This document shows positions 22,915 to 24,000 of a stretch of DNA of 24,000 nt, piece by piece (position 1 is the stretch's first letter; every line of letters starts with the position of its first letter). The notes under the pieces are model-generated. The model saw only the letters and a program-made list of their open reading frames with translations, made no database searches and was not told the origin of the DNA. A program made the position numbers and the translations under genes. Location of the stretch: the NCBI RefSeq assembly GCF_018917865.1, contig NZ_JAHLPM010000017.1:33896-57895 (forward strand), given 5' to 3'. Source of the DNA: Tissierella simiarum. Its GTDB lineage: Bacteria; Bacillota; Clostridia; Tissierellales; Tissierellaceae.

Positions 22915-23764
22915 TCTCTCTATTTTTTAAATCATACCATAAAGGGCTAGCTATAAATAAAGATGAATAAGTTCCAGAAATTATCCCTATAATTAATGGG
23001 AAAGCTAGTACTCTAACGTCTTCAACACCCAATATATATAATACAGTTATAGAAACTAAAGTAGTTAAGGATGTATTAATAGTTCTCCTTAAAGATTGTT
23101 TAATACTGTTATTTATAATATTATCAATAGACTCTTTAGGATTTAATTTTAAGTTTTCTCTTATTCTATCAAATATAACTATTGTATCGTTTATAGAGTA
23201 ACCAAGAATAGTTAATATTGCAGCTATAAAAGCACTATTAACTGGTATTCTAAATATAGCATAAACTGATAAAGTAATTAATACATCGTGAACTAATGCT
23301 ACAATTGCTGCTATACCAAACTTAACTTCAAATCTCCAAGATATATATATTAACATGGCAACTGTAGCTATAAGAGCAGAAAGCAATGCTTTACTTCTTA
23401 TTTCCTTGCCCATAAATGGTCCAAATTTTTGAGATTGATAGTTCTTATTTTCTATATTATATTTTTCCACAAATTTATCAATGATATTAGTTATGTCATC
23501 ATTGCTAAGGTCTAAAGTACTCTTAATAATAATCTCATCTTTTTCAGCACCAGCATGTAAAATGCTTGCATTCTTATCATATTCATCTACTATTTCCTTG
23601 GCTTCATCTACAGTAATGGTTTTACCAATTTTTATTTGAATTAAAGTACCTCCTGTAAAATCAATACCATAATTAAATCCTTTCGTTAAAAGCATAACCA
23701 TACCAACTATTATTATTGCTAATGAAATACCTAAAAATATCTTCTTATTCTTAATAATATTCAT
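22895..23764 (-). CDS. secF: protein translocase subunit SecF
   Basis: ORF track. GIDFTGGT motif, six TM segments, and it follows secD. Confidence 0.9.
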   Translation of the reverse strand: MNIIKNKKIFLGISLAIIIVGMVMLLTKGFNYGIDFTGGTLIQIKIGKTITVDEAKEIVDEYDKNASILHAGAEKDEIIIKSTLDLSNDDITNIIDKFVEKYNIENKNYQSQKFGPFMGKEIRSKALLSALIATVAMLIYISWRFEVKFGIAAIVALVHDVLITLSVYAIFRIPVNSAFIAAILTILGYSINDTIVIFDRIRENLKLNPKESIDNIINNSIKQSLRRTINTSLTTLVSITVLYILGVEDVRVLAFPLIIGIISGTYSSLFIASPLWYDLKNRESTKTAI

Positions 23765-23779
23765 ATTGTCACCCCTTTT

Positions 23780-24000
23780 CTACGCTCCATAAAGCTTAGT
23801 ATTTTTTCCACCAGTTATTGATACCATAAGTTTTAATAAATATTTAGTTATGAAAACTGCTGTTATCATGGAAGCAACGATACCAAGAATTAAAGTAACT
23901 CCAAATCCTTTAATTGGTCCAGTACCAAAATAATATAAAACTACACCCGCAATTAAGGTAGTAATATTTGAATCTAGTACTGATGTTAATGCTCTTTTAA
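23780..24000 (-). CDS. secD: protein translocase subunit SecD, C-terminal part only (continues past the right edge)
   Basis: Hand translation of the minus strand: ...KRALTSVLDSNITTLIAGVVLYYFGTGPIKGFGVTLILGIVASMITAVFITKYLLKLMVSITGGKNTKLYGA, with the stop at 23780-23782. The GPIKGF motif is typical of SecD, and secF starts 16 nt downstream. Confidence 0.85.
   Translation of the reverse strand, partial: KRALTSVLDSNITTLIAGVVLYYFGTGPIKGFGVTLILGIVASMITAVFITKYLLKLMVSITGGKNTKLYGA

Noticed and set aside
1-24000. Scan for CRISPR arrays, tRNA/rRNA genes, transposase or integrase genes, and known riboswitch-like leaders.
   Set aside because: I saw no regularly spaced direct repeats, no cloverleaf-like GC-rich segments, and no ORF with recombinase or transposase motifs. 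The long intergenic regions are explained by promoters, terminators and leaders as far as I can tell by eye. A proper Rfam/tRNAscan run would be needed to be certain.

Overview
AT-rich (roughly 28-30% GC by eye) Clostridium-like Firmicute chromosome; almost every real gene is on the minus strand. Right third (15.3-24 kb): a conserved housekeeping block of secD (partial), secF, a LapA-domain membrane protein, recJ, relA/spoT, dtd, an MBL-fold hydrolase, a small HTH ORF and radical-SAM hemZ. Middle (2.6-13.4 kb): an accessory catabolic locus, the most interesting part of the window. It holds a lactose/cellobiose-family PTS split into IIB-IIC and a distant IIA, a glycosylasparaginase-type Ntn hydrolase, two M20 and two M42 exopeptidases (one M42 copy has lost its metal ligands), and a stand-alone GrdB-N-terminal-like protein. 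A plus-strand sigma-54 activator (HTH-AAA+-single PRD) sits between two TGGCAT-N5-TTGC promoters that I located by eye. I read this as a PTS-driven system for sugar-amino-acid or glycopeptide conjugates (GlcNAc-Asn type), with several components of unknown role. Between the two blocks lie two uncharacterised genes (a 145-aa protein and a DUF2785-like protein). Left end (1-2.6 kb): an orphan lysis cassette (BhlA/UviB-like peptide, Amidase_2 endolysin, holin-like protein). Next to it are a well-signalled 44-aa hydrophobic peptide gene and tandem, partly decayed small-gene cassettes. No rRNA, tRNA, CRISPR array or transposase was recognised. All family assignments come from motif recognition by eye, not from searches.
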